From IMG/VR virus record IMGVR_UViG_2510065032_000001: a DNA stretch of 64,000 nt; one strand, 5' to 3'. Of the stretch, positions 28,340 to 38,574 are shown one piece after another. Both the position numbers and the translations under genes were made by a program. Below the pieces are notes generated by a model, which saw only the letters and a program-made list of their open reading frames with translations, was not told the DNA's origin and did no database searches. Origin of the DNA: an uncultured virus (IMG/VR IMGVR_UViG_2510065032_000001). Lineage: Duplodnaviria > Heunggongvirae > Uroviricota > Caudoviricetes. Every line of letters begins with the position of its first letter. Position 1 is the first letter of the stretch.

Positions 28340-28362
28340 TGACCCCCGCCCCCGCCCACACT
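28340..28362 (+). promoter_or_regulatory. Putative late promoter (leaderless)
   Basis: TGACCC-N11-CACACT, ATG 28369. Confidence 0.8.
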
Positions 28363-28368
28363 GTGGAC

Positions 28369-28602
28369 ATGGCTAAGGAAGCTAAGGAAGCGAAGGAAAA
28401 GATAAAAGACCCCGCCCCCGCCCCCACCCCCGCCCCCGCGGAGCCCGAGCGCGCGGTGAGCCTGGAGGAGTGGGCGCGCCGGGCGGGGCTGGACAAGCTG
28501 GCCCTGGCCGCCATGCGCGCGCGGCACAAAGACCCCACCGAGCGCCGCACCCCTGCCGAGTGGATGCTCTCCTACGAGCGCCTGCTGCGCAGCTCGGTCT
28601 GA
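28369..28602 (+). CDS. Small hypothetical protein preceding sheath
   Basis: Leaderless behind late promoter. Confidence 0.65.
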   Translation: MAKEAKEAKEKIKDPAPAPTPAPAEPERAVSLEEWARRAGLDKLALAAMRARHKDPTERRTPAEWMLSYERLLRSSV

Positions 28603-28631
28603 GACGGGCCCACAGGCCGCGGGCGACGCGA

Positions 28632-28660
28632 CAAAGGCCCTTCGGGGCCTTTGATTTTTT
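28632..28660 (+). terminator. Intrinsic terminator
   Basis: CAAAGGCCC ttcg GGGCCTTTG + T tract. Confidence 0.85.
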
Positions 28661-28664
28661 ACTC

Positions 28665-28687
28665 TGACCCCTCCTTGCCCTGAGCGT
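28665..28687 (+). promoter_or_regulatory. Putative late promoter (leadered, SD AGGAGG)
   Basis: TGACCC-N11-GAGCGT. Confidence 0.78.
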
Positions 28688-28703
28688 GAGGAAAGGAGGT
28701 GTT

Positions 28704-30470
28704 ATGAATGGCATCGGAGTCAATCTAGAGGGGCAGCAGGCCGAGTTGCCGGGCGTGTACCACACGGTCAACACGTCCCGCTTCAACCGCCCCCGCCCCT
28801 TCGGGGCCAAGCGGCTGGCGATCATCGCGCCCGCGCTGGGCGGCCCGCCGCGCAAGTTCACCGCGATCACCCCCTCGGAGGCGGCCAGGGTGCTCAAGGG
28901 CGGGGTCGGCCTCGAGCTGGTCAACGACGCCGCCGACCCCAGCCCGCTGGGGGGCGCCAGCGACATCCTGTTCTACCGGGTCAACGCCGCGACCAAGGGC
29001 AGCCTCAACCTGGGCAACCTGACCGTCACGGCCAAGGACGCCCACGCCGGGGTGGAGGGCAACGCCATCCGGGTCCGTCGCGACAGCGTGCCCGGCGACG
29101 CCGCCGCGCGCCGCCTCAGCGTCGAGCTGCCCGGCGACGGGCTGGGGGCGGAGGAGAGCCCCGAGCTGGGGCCCGCCCTCGAGATCAGCTACGTGGGCAG
29201 CGGGGCCGCCCCCACCGTCACGGTGCAGGACAGCGCCGGTCAGAAGGCCCTGGCCCTCGCCAGCGACGTGGCGGTGGAGGCGCGCACCATCCTCATCGGC
29301 GGCAGCGGGGTCAAGACCTTCAGCGAGCTGGCCCAGCTCATCAACGAGACGGGGGCGTGGACCGCCAAGGTGCTCTACCGCCACGGCAACTTCAACCCCG
29401 GCGGCCTCGCCGCGGGCGCGGTGGCCGTCAGCGCGAACAAGGCCACCCTCGACCTGGGCGTGGAGGCCCAGGCGCAGTGGCTCGCGGGCAGCCGCTACGT
29501 GAGCGCGGCGGTCGCGGGCGGGGCCGAGGCGGGCCTGGACGCGGGCTGGCTCTACCTCTCCGGCGGCACCGAAGGGCCCGCGGTCACCGCCAACGACTAC
29601 GCCAACGCCCTCAACGCCCTCGAGGACGAGGACGTGCAGGCCGTGCTGGTGGGCACCCCCGACCCGGCGGTGGCGGCGATGGGCGCGGCCCACTGCCGCA
29701 GCATGAGCCACCCGGTGAACCGCCGCGAGCGGGTCTTCTTCACCGGCGAGGCCCTGGCCGCCAGCGCCGAGGCGCAGGAGAGCGAGGCCATCGAGCTGGC
29801 CGCCTCGCTCGACACCGACGCCGCGGTGGTGGCGGGGACCGCGGTGCTGCGGCGCAACCCGCGCACCGGCCTGGTCGAGGAGCTGCCCCCCTTCCGGGTG
29901 GCCGCGATGCTGGCGGGGCTGTGGTGCGCGCTGGGCTGGGACCAGCCCCTGACCTACAAGCCCCTCAAGGTGCTGGGGGTGGTCCACAAGAGCGAGCGCG
30001 CCCTCAAGCGCTACCTCACCAAGGGCGTGACCGGCGTGATGTACGACGCCGACGACCAGACCTACCGCGTCAGCGAGGCCATCACCACCTGGCAGGCCGA
30101 CCTCGACCCCCAGCGCCGCAAGCTGCACGGCGTCGGGGTGCGCTTCTTCCTCAACAAGTACATGCGCTTCTCGCTGAAGAAGTGGGCGGGCGGGGTGGCC
30201 TCGCAGGACGACCTGCGCCAGATGCTGGCCGACGCCGACGCCGCGCTGCTGCGCCAGGTGCGGGGCAGCGGGGGCACCAACAACCCCAACGGCGTCCTCA
30301 CCGCGGGCCAGCACCCCGAGACCGGCGAGGACGTGCCGCCCTACAGCGATTTGCGGCTGGTCTTCGACGGCAACAGCGTGGTGGCCCTGACCTACCGCGC
30401 CTGCGCCATCGGGGAGATCACCCAGATCGTCGGGGAAGCGACCTTCGAGCCCATCAAGATCACGGCCTAG
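28704..30470 (+). CDS. Tail sheath protein
   Basis: PGVY N-terminus, LSGGTEG, AHC..MS...RRER, AAMLAG...PLTYK, AITT. Confidence 0.88.
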   Translation: MNGIGVNLEGQQAELPGVYHTVNTSRFNRPRPFGAKRLAIIAPALGGPPRKFTAITPSEAARVLKGGVGLELVNDAADPSPLGGASDILFYRVNAATKGSLNLGNLTVTAKDAHAGVEGNAIRVRRDSVPGDAAARRLSVELPGDGLGAEESPELGPALEISYVGSGAAPTVTVQDSAGQKALALASDVAVEARTILIGGSGVKTFSELAQLINETGAWTAKVLYRHGNFNPGGLAAGAVAVSANKATLDLGVEAQAQWLAGSRYVSAAVAGGAEAGLDAGWLYLSGGTEGPAVTANDYANALNALEDEDVQAVLVGTPDPAVAAMGAAHCRSMSHPVNRRERVFFTGEALAASAEAQESEAIELAASLDTDAAVVAGTAVLRRNPRTGLVEELPPFRVAAMLAGLWCALGWDQPLTYKPLKVLGVVHKSERALKRYLTKGVTGVMYDADDQTYRVSEAITTWQADLDPQRRKLHGVGVRFFLNKYMRFSLKKWAGGVASQDDLRQMLADADAALLRQVRGSGGTNNPNGVLTAGQHPETGEDVPPYSDLRLVFDGNSVVALTYRACAIGEITQIVGEATFEPIKITA

Positions 30471-30489
30471 CCGCGGAAGGAGGTGAGAG

Positions 30490-30903
30490 ATGTCAACCGT
30501 CAAGGACCAGAAGACCCTACACGCCAACCACGCGGTGGTCAAGATCGGCGGGCAGGTGGTCGCGCGCCTGCAAAACATCCAGGTCAACCGCGACTCGGGC
30601 GCCGATTACGTCTACGAGGTGGGCTCCATCGACCCCGTGGAGATCAACCACAACCGCCGCAGCGTGCGCGTCTCGGTGTCGAAGCTGATCTTCCGCCAGG
30701 GCGGGCCCGCCGCGCAGTTCGGGCGCTTCGAGCTGGGCGAGCTGCCGCCCTTCGAGATCACTTTCCAGGACCGCGACTACGGCAACCTGTGGAGCGTCGT
30801 GGGCTGTGAGGTGGTGGGCGACAGCGCCAGCGTGAGCGTGAGCCAGCGGGTGGCCGAGAACCTGACCATCATGGCGCTGAAGGTCAACAACCTCTCGAAG
30901 TAG
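30490..30903 (+). CDS. Tail tube protein
   Basis: 137 aa after sheath; KIGGQVVA, VYEVGSIDPVE. Confidence 0.8.
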   Translation: MSTVKDQKTLHANHAVVKIGGQVVARLQNIQVNRDSGADYVYEVGSIDPVEINHNRRSVRVSVSKLIFRQGGPAAQFGRFELGELPPFEITFQDRDYGNLWSVVGCEVVGDSASVSVSQRVAENLTIMALKVNNLSK

Positions 30904-30916
30904 CCCCTCCGACCTC

Positions 30917-30953
30917 TGACCCCTTGAAGCCTCCAGGATGAGCCTGGAGGCTT
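30917..30953 (+). promoter_or_regulatory. Late promoter with 11-bp hairpin covering -10 and SD
   Basis: TGACCC-N11-CAGGAT; AAGCCTCCAGG atgag CCTGGAGGCTT. Confidence 0.7.
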
Positions 30954-30957
30954 TCAC

Positions 30958-31446
30958 ATGGATTACGAGCCCAAGGAGCCAGCGCAGTACCGCCCCGGCG
31001 TGGTGCGGGCCGAGGGGCCGCACTTCACCCTCACCCAGGCCCGCAACCCCGACCTCAACGGCGATTTCACCTTCCGCTACCCCACCGCCTTCGACGAGAT
31101 CAGCATCGGCGCGCGGGTGACGGAGCTGGTCAACGCGGGGCGGGTGCAGCCGGTCAAGCTCGAGCTGCTGCCCTTCCGGGCCCAGCAGTACGTCCTCGCC
31201 ATCGCCACCCTCGAGGCCACCATCAAGGCCGCCCCCAAGGGCTGGTACGTCCACACCGACGCGGGTTTCCCGCTCCTGGCCCCCGGCGCGGTGGGCGACG
31301 GCGACGAGGAGGTGGTGCTGCTGGCCTACGAGGGCTTCCTCAACTGGAAGCGCCGATTTCGAGAGTCTGTGGCTGGAGCCCGAGCACCTGAAGAAGCTCA
31401 GGACATGGTATCGGGCGCTGAAGATCAGCGGGGCGATGCGGCTTGA
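30958..31446 (+). CDS. Tail assembly chaperone (short form)
   Basis: Between tube and TMP; codon usage degrades after TTT CGA at 31357. Confidence 0.7.
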   Translation: MDYEPKEPAQYRPGVVRAEGPHFTLTQARNPDLNGDFTFRYPTAFDEISIGARVTELVNAGRVQPVKLELLPFRAQQYVLAIATLEATIKAAPKGWYVHTDAGFPLLAPGAVGDGDEEVVLLAYEGFLNWKRRFRESVAGARAPEEAQDMVSGAEDQRGDAA

Positions 31447-31666
31447 CGCCCTCGAGGTGCACACCCCGATGGCCCTGGCCCTGCTGCGGCTGGACCTGAT
31501 GGAGCGGGGCGAGGCCGACCCCATCGAGGCCGCGCGGGAGGAGGCCGAGTTCACGCGGCAGGTCGAGGGCGAGGACGCCTGGGAGCTGGCGGTGGGCGAG
31601 GGCTACACCGGCGAGCGCATGAGGCTCGACTACCGCTTGCTGCGGGAGGAGGTGCGACGTGGATAG
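31358..31666 (+). CDS. Tail assembly chaperone +1 frameshift extension
   Basis: +1 frame open from TTC 31358 with high-GC codon usage (CTG TGG CTG GAG CCC GAG CAC CTG AAG). Confidence 0.65.
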   Translation, partial: FESLWLEPEHLKKLRTWYRALKISGAMRLDALEVHTPMALALLRLDLMERGEADPIEAAREEAEFTRQVEGEDAWELAVGEGYTGERMRLDYRLLREEVRRG

Positions 31667-34600
31667 CGTGGAGCTCAGGCTGCGGATGCTCATCGAGAGC
31701 ATGGGCGGGGAGGACGCCGCGCGCCAGCTCGGGCTGGTGAGCGAGGAGATGCGCGACTTCCTGGAGACGATGGATCAGGTGGGCGAGGCGCGCATGACCC
31801 GCTTCGCCCAGTCCATCCAGGAGATGGCCCAGCAGCTCGGGGTGGGCGTGGCCGACATCGCCCGCTCGACCGAGCGGCTGCAAGAAGCCTGGAACCGCGG
31901 CGAGCCCCCCGCCCCCGCACCCGGCCCGGCCCCCACCCCGGCCCCCNNNNNNNNNNNNNNNNNNNNNNNNNNNNNNNNNNNNNNNNNNNNNNNNNNNNNN
32001 NNNNNNNNNNNNNNNNNNNNNNNNNNNNNNNNNNNNNNNNNNNNNNGGCCCCCACCCCGGCCCCCGGCCCGACCCCCGCACCGGCCCCCGCGCCCACCTT
32101 CGCCACCCCCCTCGAGGCCGCCCACTACCACTTCCAGGGCGGCGACCTCGACGCGGCGACCAAGGCGCTGATGCAGGCCCACGGGCAGGGCTTTTTGAGC
32201 AGCGACCGGCTCAACGAGTGGATGAGCCAAATCCTCAAGGCGCGCCGGGGCGAGTCGTTCAGCATCCCGGGGATCGAGGTCTACGGCCCGCCCGCCCCCG
32301 ACCTGGCCGACCCCGCCACCCTCGGCATCGACCCCTCCGACCGCGAGCAGATGAAGTGGTACGCCCGCTTCCGCCGCCACAGCTCCGAGGCCGAGGCCGC
32401 CCGCAGCGCGGGGCGCGAGCAGAAGGCCCAGCGCCACGAGCGCGACGCCGACGCCGCGGTGGAACAGCTCGGCAAGCTGGGCGCCAGCGTGGACCTGCTG
32501 CGCGAGGTGCTCGAGCGCCAGCGCGAGGAGGCCAAGCGCGGCCAGGGGGGAGGGGGAGGGGGCGGCGACGGGCCCGCCAGCCCCCAGCCCAAGCCGCCCG
32601 AGGACAAGCCCTCCGACGAGGCCCCCAAGTGGCTCAGGGAGCTGACGGACTACTTCGGCGGGCGCGGCCTGGGCGGGCTGGGGGAGCTCGGCAACCTGTT
32701 GGGGCGTTTCGGGAAGTACCTGGGCCCCGGGGTGCTGGGCGCCGCCGCGGGCGCGGGCCTGGTGAGCTGGATGGCGACCCGCGCCGACGCCAACGCCGAC
32801 GGCGCGCGCAACGAGGCCCTGGCCTTCCGCGACCTCTCCCGCGCCACGGGCAACGAGCGGGGCACCTGGCAAGCCTTCCTGGGGGGCGCCGACGACGACC
32901 CCGCCACCAACGCCCTGCAAACCCGCTCCGAGATCACCGCTTTAGGGCTCACCGCGCCCCAGGCCGGGCTCTTCGCCGCGCGCTACGGCATCCCCCAGGA
33001 CGCGACCGGCCTGGCCGCGGACGCCATCGCGGGGCTGCGGCTGGCGAAGTACCTGGGCGCCGACGAGGGCCAAATCGCCAACCTGCTCTCCGGCGGGGTG
33101 CGCGCGGGGGCGGGCCAGGCCGGGCAGATCGAGGCCCTGAGCCGGGTGATCTTCGCCGCGGTGCGCGAGGGCACCAAGGAGGGGGTGGCCTCGAGCGAGA
33201 CCTTCAGCGTCATGCAGCGCTTCTTCGAGGGCAGCGCCAGCCAGGGCGTGACCACCGGGCTGCAATCCACCGCGCTGCTGGCGGCCTACCTCGAGAACCT
33301 CAACCAGTCCGGCAGCCGCGCGCTCAAGGGCCAGGCCGGGGCCGCCGCGCTGCAAAACATCGCCCAGGGCCTGGCCGCCCCCGGCAGCGAGGGCCTGGAC
33401 ATCGTGGTGCTGCAAAGCCTGATGGGCGACGGCGGCCTGACCCCCGAGGCGCTGGGGCTGTCGGGGGAGGAGGCCAAGACCTTCGCCCAGCTCTCCCCCC
33501 TCATGCGCGCCCGCGTCGCCCAGGAGAAGATCAAGGCCCTCAACCCCGCGGTGATGCGCCGGGTGGGGGCGGGGATCGAGGCCATGCGGCTGCCCCCCGA
33601 CCTCCAGCTCATGCTGGGCGAGCAGTTCCTGGGGCTCTCGCGCCAGCAGTCCCTCGAGATCACCGCCCAGTTCGGCGGGATCGGGGAGTTCTTGCAGTCG
33701 GCCACCCCCCAGCAGCTCCAGAAGTTCATGCAGGCCCGGCCCCAGGACACCAAGCCCCTGGGCCCGGAGGGGGACTTTGCCGACGACCTGCTGCGCAAGC
33801 AGGTGCTCGAGGAGGAGCGCCGCCGCCTCACCGCCATCCGCGACGCCAACAGCCAGCTCGTGGGCCTGACCGAGGAGTTCCGCAAGCTGCGGCTCGAGAT
33901 CGACAAGCTGCTCTCCAGCGGCTCCCTGGGCTACTTCTCCGGCTTCGGGCCGGGCGGCAGCGCCTACCGGCCCCCGCTCTTCCAGCCCCAACTGCCCCAG
34001 CCGGGCGCGACCGGCGCGCCGGGCATCCGGGTCAACCCCGGCCTACCCCTGCCCGCCCCGGACCCGGAGCACGCCTTGGTCAGCCGGGTGCCGGTGGTGG
34101 GGGGCCTGGGCGCCCAGCTCGGGGGCACCTACATCACCGCCCGCCCCGGCGAGCCCTACGCCGACCCCGCGCTGGCGGCCCGCTACGACCGGGACGGCGA
34201 CGGCCACGAGGGGCTGGACTACCGCATCGGCAGGCAGGGCGACTCGAGCGAGGTGTACAACTACTTCGGCGCCCGGCTCACCGTCAAGGACATCCGGGCG
34301 TACAGCGACGCCCAGGGCAAGCACAACGTGGACCTTCTGCTGCGCGCCCCCAACGGGGCCACCTTCTGGCTGCGCCACCTGCGCGCCGACCCCAACCAGT
34401 ACCGCCTGAACCAGCAGGTCGAGGCCGGGGCCTACATGGGCCGGGAGGGGTTCGTGGGCTCGGGCTTCCACATCCACGTCGAGCCCGTCGCCCTGCCGGG
34501 CGGGGGGCGGGTGGACCCGGCCAAGGAGGATCAGGTGCAGCGGTGGGTGCAGGAGCTGGGCTTCAAGGGCTTCAACGCCGGGGGCTTCACCGGCGAGGGC

Positions 34601-34891
34601 CACCCGCTGGACCCCGCGGGGATCGTGCATAAGGGGGAGTTCGTGGTCAACGAGGCCGTCACCCGCCGCCACCGGCCCCTGCTCGAGGCCCTCAACTCGG
34701 GCGCCGACCCCTCCCTGGGCTCGGGCGGGGGCTCGGGCAGGCTCGAGGTGGTCTTCACCGGGCAGGGCCGGGTGGAGGTCGGCGGCGGCCACCCCGCCGC
34801 GCCGCGGCTGGAGGAGCTGCTGAGCGGGGCCCTGCGCCAGTTCGCCACCGAGATCGTCAACCCCTACAACGAGGGCAACCGCCGCAAGTGA
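31659..34891 (+). CDS. Tape measure protein with C-terminal M23-like peptidase domain; spans N gap in Pro-Ala-Thr repeat
   Basis: Long Ala/Gly/Leu-rich helical ORF; HEGLDY, HLR, HIHVE; GGFTG...AGIVHKGEFVV. Confidence 0.8.
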
Positions 34892-34909
34892 CCGCCCCGC
34901 GACCCCCGG

Positions 34910-35389
34910 CTAGGCCGGGGGGTAGTAGCCCACGCAGACCCAGGGCATGTACAGCCCCATCGCCACCCCCGCCAACCCCTTGGCGGGGTCGTTCTTGGGC
35001 CCCACGAACAGCCGCAGGCTGTAGGCGGTGGCGAGGCCGCTGTCGAGGTAGAGCTCCAGCCGCTGGCCCTGGAGGTAGTAGGGGGTGTAGCCGCTGTCGG
35101 CCAGCGCCGTCACCAGCCGCTCCTCAATCTCGAGCGAGCGATTGCCGTCGAAGTATTGGGGGTTGAGCACCCCGTAGGTCACGCAGCGCATGTTCCGGGG
35201 GCCCTTGAAGCCCAGGGGCACCCCCGCGCGGGTGTGCGCCTCGTTGATTTCGGCCTGGCCCTTCATGAAGAAGGGCCACTCCTTGAAGTCGTAGCCCTCG
35301 GGCAGCGGCGCCACCGGCAGCGCCTCGTCGCGGCAGGCCGGGAGTGCGAGCGTCAGGCCGAGGAATAGGAGCGGTAGCAGGTAGCGCAT
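34910..35389 (-). CDS. Putative lipoprotein (moron) opposite to tail operon
   Basis: Signal peptide MRYLLPLLFLGLTLALPA-C lipobox; own extended -10 TGcTAAGGT 6 nt before ATG. Confidence 0.7.
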   Translation of the reverse strand: MRYLLPLLFLGLTLALPACRDEALPVAPLPEGYDFKEWPFFMKGQAEINEAHTRAGVPLGFKGPRNMRCVTYGVLNPQYFDGNRSLEIEERLVTALADSGYTPYYLQGQRLELYLDSGLATAYSLRLFVGPKNDPAKGLAGVAMGLYMPWVCVGYYPPA

Positions 35390-35426
35390 GGCCCCACCTT
35401 AGCAGATGGGGAGGGGCCGGGGCGTC

Positions 35427-35449
35427 TGACCCCCCCGGCCCGCCACACT
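35427..35449 (+). promoter_or_regulatory. Putative late promoter (leaderless)
   Basis: TGACCC-N11-CACACT, GTG 7 nt later. Confidence 0.78.
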
Positions 35450-35456
35450 GAGGCCC

Positions 35457-36926
35457 GTGAGCCGCGCCGTCATGTCCTTGCTCAGCCTGAAGGTCCACCG
35501 GGCGGACAACACGACCCTCGACCTCTCCGACCGCGTGATCCAGTACACCCAGCGCGAGTCGCTCGAGGGCTTCCCCAGCTTCTCCCTCGCCCTGCCCCTG
35601 GCCCTCGACGGCGCCCCGGTGATCGAGACCTTCCGCATCGGAGACCTGCTCGAGGCGGGCTTCACCCACACCCAGGACGGCCTGAGCTACGCCTACCGCA
35701 CCACGATGGTCGGGGTGATCCAGAAGATCGGCCAGCAGCAGGCCCTCACCGAGCGCGGCCTGACCCGCGTCGCCAGCGTCAGCGGGGTGGGGCTGGCCGG
35801 GTTCTTGGCCGCCGACAGCGTGAACTACTGGGTGGCGACCAACCTGGCGAGGGTCTTCAAGACCGCGGGCGAGGCCCGGCTCGAGTCCCTCGCCATGAAG
35901 CGCCTCGACCAGGCCCTGGCCGCGTTCATGGAGCAGGTGGCCTTCGACGTGCTCAAAATCCGCCGCCCCCAGGGGGACGTGCGCCGCCTGCTGGCCTACT
36001 GCTTCAGGAGCCTGGAGGGGGTGGGGCAATACTACCTGCGCTGGGCCAACTTCGAGGGGGCCCTGTGGGGCTTCCTCGACGCCTACGCCGAGAAGCCCCT
36101 GCACGAGCTGTACAGCCTCACCCTGCCGCTGGCGGAGTTCGAGCGGCTGGAGGGGGTCAAGCCCGACCCCGCCCGGCTCGCCGCCTTCGGGCCGGACCGG
36201 GCGGTGGCCGCGGTGATCCACCGCCCCGCCCCCTTCCCCTACGCCACCCCCGACGGCAAGCCCACCCTGGGCGAGTGGCCGCGGCTGCCCCTGCACGACC
36301 TCACCCCCGAGCACCTCGAGGCGGGCACCGACCACAGCGCCGACTGGGACGTAGCCAGCGTGCGCAACGCCTTCTTCCTCACCCCCGCCACCTTCGCCCT
36401 CGACACCACGCTGCAAAAGGCGTACATCCCCGTGGTGGTCAACGTCCCCAAGTGGGAGCGCTACGGCTACCGGCCCCTCTCCTGGCAGACCGGGCTGTGG
36501 GGCCAGGACGCGCGGGGGGAGGGGATCACCGAGTTCTTCCGGGCGCTCAACTGGCGCGTAGCCGCGCAGCACAACCGCCTGGAGGAATACTCGGGCGCCA
36601 CCCTCGAGCTGCGCCTGGCCCCGTGGCTGCAACCGGGGCACCGCGCGAAGTACCGCCACTACGTGGGGGACGACACCGCGATCTTCCAGGGCTACATCAC
36701 CTCCGTCACCCACACCTGGAGCCCCGGACCCCAGGGCAAGCGCAGCACCACCGTCCAGCTCGACCGCTGCACGGGGGAGGCCATCTACACCAGGGACATC
36801 GGCTTTTTCACCTTCGGGCTCAGCGAGTACAACCCCCTGGGCGACAAGGACTTGCCCGAGGCCCAGGTGCGCGCGCGCGACGGCGGGCCCGCCAAGCGCC
36901 CCACGGGGGCGGGAGAGCAGCCATGA
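35457..36926 (+). CDS. Baseplate hub protein
   Basis: After TMP; RYGYRP, LQPG...GYITSVTHTW...TTVQL hub-like C-terminus. Confidence 0.7.
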   Translation: MSRAVMSLLSLKVHRADNTTLDLSDRVIQYTQRESLEGFPSFSLALPLALDGAPVIETFRIGDLLEAGFTHTQDGLSYAYRTTMVGVIQKIGQQQALTERGLTRVASVSGVGLAGFLAADSVNYWVATNLARVFKTAGEARLESLAMKRLDQALAAFMEQVAFDVLKIRRPQGDVRRLLAYCFRSLEGVGQYYLRWANFEGALWGFLDAYAEKPLHELYSLTLPLAEFERLEGVKPDPARLAAFGPDRAVAAVIHRPAPFPYATPDGKPTLGEWPRLPLHDLTPEHLEAGTDHSADWDVASVRNAFFLTPATFALDTTLQKAYIPVVVNVPKWERYGYRPLSWQTGLWGQDARGEGITEFFRALNWRVAAQHNRLEEYSGATLELRLAPWLQPGHRAKYRHYVGDDTAIFQGYITSVTHTWSPGPQGKRSTTVQLDRCTGEAIYTRDIGFFTFGLSEYNPLGDKDLPEAQVRARDGGPAKRPTGAGEQP

Positions 36927-37936
36927 AAGGACTCCGCGGCATCCACCTGGCCCAGGTCATCAGCGTCCACCCCAGCGCCCCGGCCACCACCCGGCCCGAC
37001 TCGCCCCCGCCCTACGCGGGCACCCTCAGCGTGAAGCTGGGGGACTACTCCACCCAGGGCGGCACCGACGAGGCGCCCATGTTCCGGGTGCGGGTGCTGC
37101 GCGAGCGGGCCCAGCCCGCCGCCGGGGTCTACCGGCTGCCCCAGGAGGGCGACTGGGGCCTGGTGGCCTTCTTCGCCAACGACGGGGCCAGCGGGGTGTG
37201 GCTGGGCAGCCTCGACTCCATCACCCGCAACCTGATCCCCGAGGAGCTGTGGGCCCTCGACGAGGCCGCCGAGCTGCACCACTTCCCCTCCGACCGCTAC
37301 GCCATCTACCACGGCGACGGGATGGAGGAGCACGCCTGGCCCGACGGCACGCTGCTCAAGATCACCCCCCGCAAGGACGGGCAGCCGAGCAACCCCACCT
37401 ACCGCGCGCGCCGCTCGGCCCGCAAGGCCCGGCGCAAGAGCGGGGAGGGCTGGGCCACCGAGCGCCAGCCCTACTCCCCCCACCCCCAGCCCCCGGTGGA
37501 CGTCGTGCTGAGCCACGCCTCGGGCGCCGAGGTGCGGCTGTCAGCCGACGGCTCGCTGTTCCTCTCCACCCCCGCGGGCCACTCCCTACGGCTGTTCGAC
37601 GACACCGAGCAGGGCCGCGACCCCGCGACCGGCCAGGTCACGACCCCCCACGACCCCGCCCGCGCCCGGAGCGCCCTGGTCCTCGAGGCCGCCGGGGGCG
37701 CCTCCATCCGGCTGGAGGAGAACCCCGCCCCCCGCGTGGTCATCGACCCCGGCCCCGGCACCGTGCAAATCGCCGGGGGGCCGATGGGGGCGGCCCGGGT
37801 GGGCGACCGGGTGAGCGTGACCATCCCCGCGGGCGCGGTGCTGGTGAACACCCCCGCAGGCCCCGGCACCAACCCCGCGCCCATCGTGGCCGAGGGGGTG
37901 ATCGTGGAGGGCAGCGCCAAGGTGACGGTGGGCTGA
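36923..37936 (+). CDS. Baseplate spike (gpV-like)
   Basis: OB-fold-like LPQEGDWGLVAF...WLGS; C-terminal AARVGD...IVEGSAKVTVG. Confidence 0.7.
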   Translation: MKGLRGIHLAQVISVHPSAPATTRPDSPPPYAGTLSVKLGDYSTQGGTDEAPMFRVRVLRERAQPAAGVYRLPQEGDWGLVAFFANDGASGVWLGSLDSITRNLIPEELWALDEAAELHHFPSDRYAIYHGDGMEEHAWPDGTLLKITPRKDGQPSNPTYRARRSARKARRKSGEGWATERQPYSPHPQPPVDVVLSHASGAEVRLSADGSLFLSTPAGHSLRLFDDTEQGRDPATGQVTTPHDPARARSALVLEAAGGASIRLEENPAPRVVIDPGPGTVQIAGGPMGAARVGDRVSVTIPAGAVLVNTPAGPGTNPAPIVAEGVIVEGSAKVTVG

Positions 37937-37956
37937 CCCCTGGCCGGGCTCAGGCT
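37934..37956 (+). promoter_or_regulatory. Putative late promoter (leaderless); TGA doubles as upstream stop
   Basis: TGACCC-N11-CAGGCT, ATG 37963. Confidence 0.75.
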
Positions 37957-37962
37957 GGGGGC

Positions 37963-38574
37963 ATGAGCCGCATCTACCTGCAACTGCTCGAGCCCTCCGG
38001 GGGCAGGCTGCACAGCCCCAACCGCGCCCAGGTGGTCAGCCGCGTCGGGGCCGACGGGCGGTGGGCCTTCCCCATCGGCGCGCAGAGCTACGTGGAGGAG
38101 CGGGGCGCGCGGGTGCAGCTGCTGGAGGTGGCGGACGGGGTGATCCCCGACACGATGGGCCTGTCCAGCCCCCGATTCCGGCTGGAGGTCACCTTCGGCA
38201 ACCGCCCCAAGAACGTCGGGGGCCAGACGGTGAGCGCGATGGAGCTCGCCAACGACCTCAAGCGCTTCGTGGGCTACTACTTCAAGCGCCGCCTCGAGCA
38301 GGCCAAGGCCCGCCAGCCCCTCATCGAGATGTCCTTCCACGACACCTACCACAACCGGCACTGGATCGTGGTGCCCGCCGAAGAGCCCACCCTACGCTCG
38401 ACCGCCAACGAGCCCACCCGCTCCCGGCTGAGCTTCAGCCTCATCGCCGTGCGCCCCTTCGACCGGCCCCAGCTCGCCCCCGACCGGGTGAGGGCCGCCC
38501 TCGAGCCCGCCAGCCAGACCGAGATCGGGCAGGCCGTCGTGCGCTACTGCCCGGTCGAAGGAGCCCGCGCATGA
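37963..38574 (+). CDS. Baseplate / tube-initiator-like protein
   Basis: Position; leaderless start. Confidence 0.55.
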   Translation: MSRIYLQLLEPSGGRLHSPNRAQVVSRVGADGRWAFPIGAQSYVEERGARVQLLEVADGVIPDTMGLSSPRFRLEVTFGNRPKNVGGQTVSAMELANDLKRFVGYYFKRRLEQAKARQPLIEMSFHDTYHNRHWIVVPAEEPTLRSTANEPTRSRLSFSLIAVRPFDRPQLAPDRVRAALEPASQTEIGQAVVRYCPVEGARA

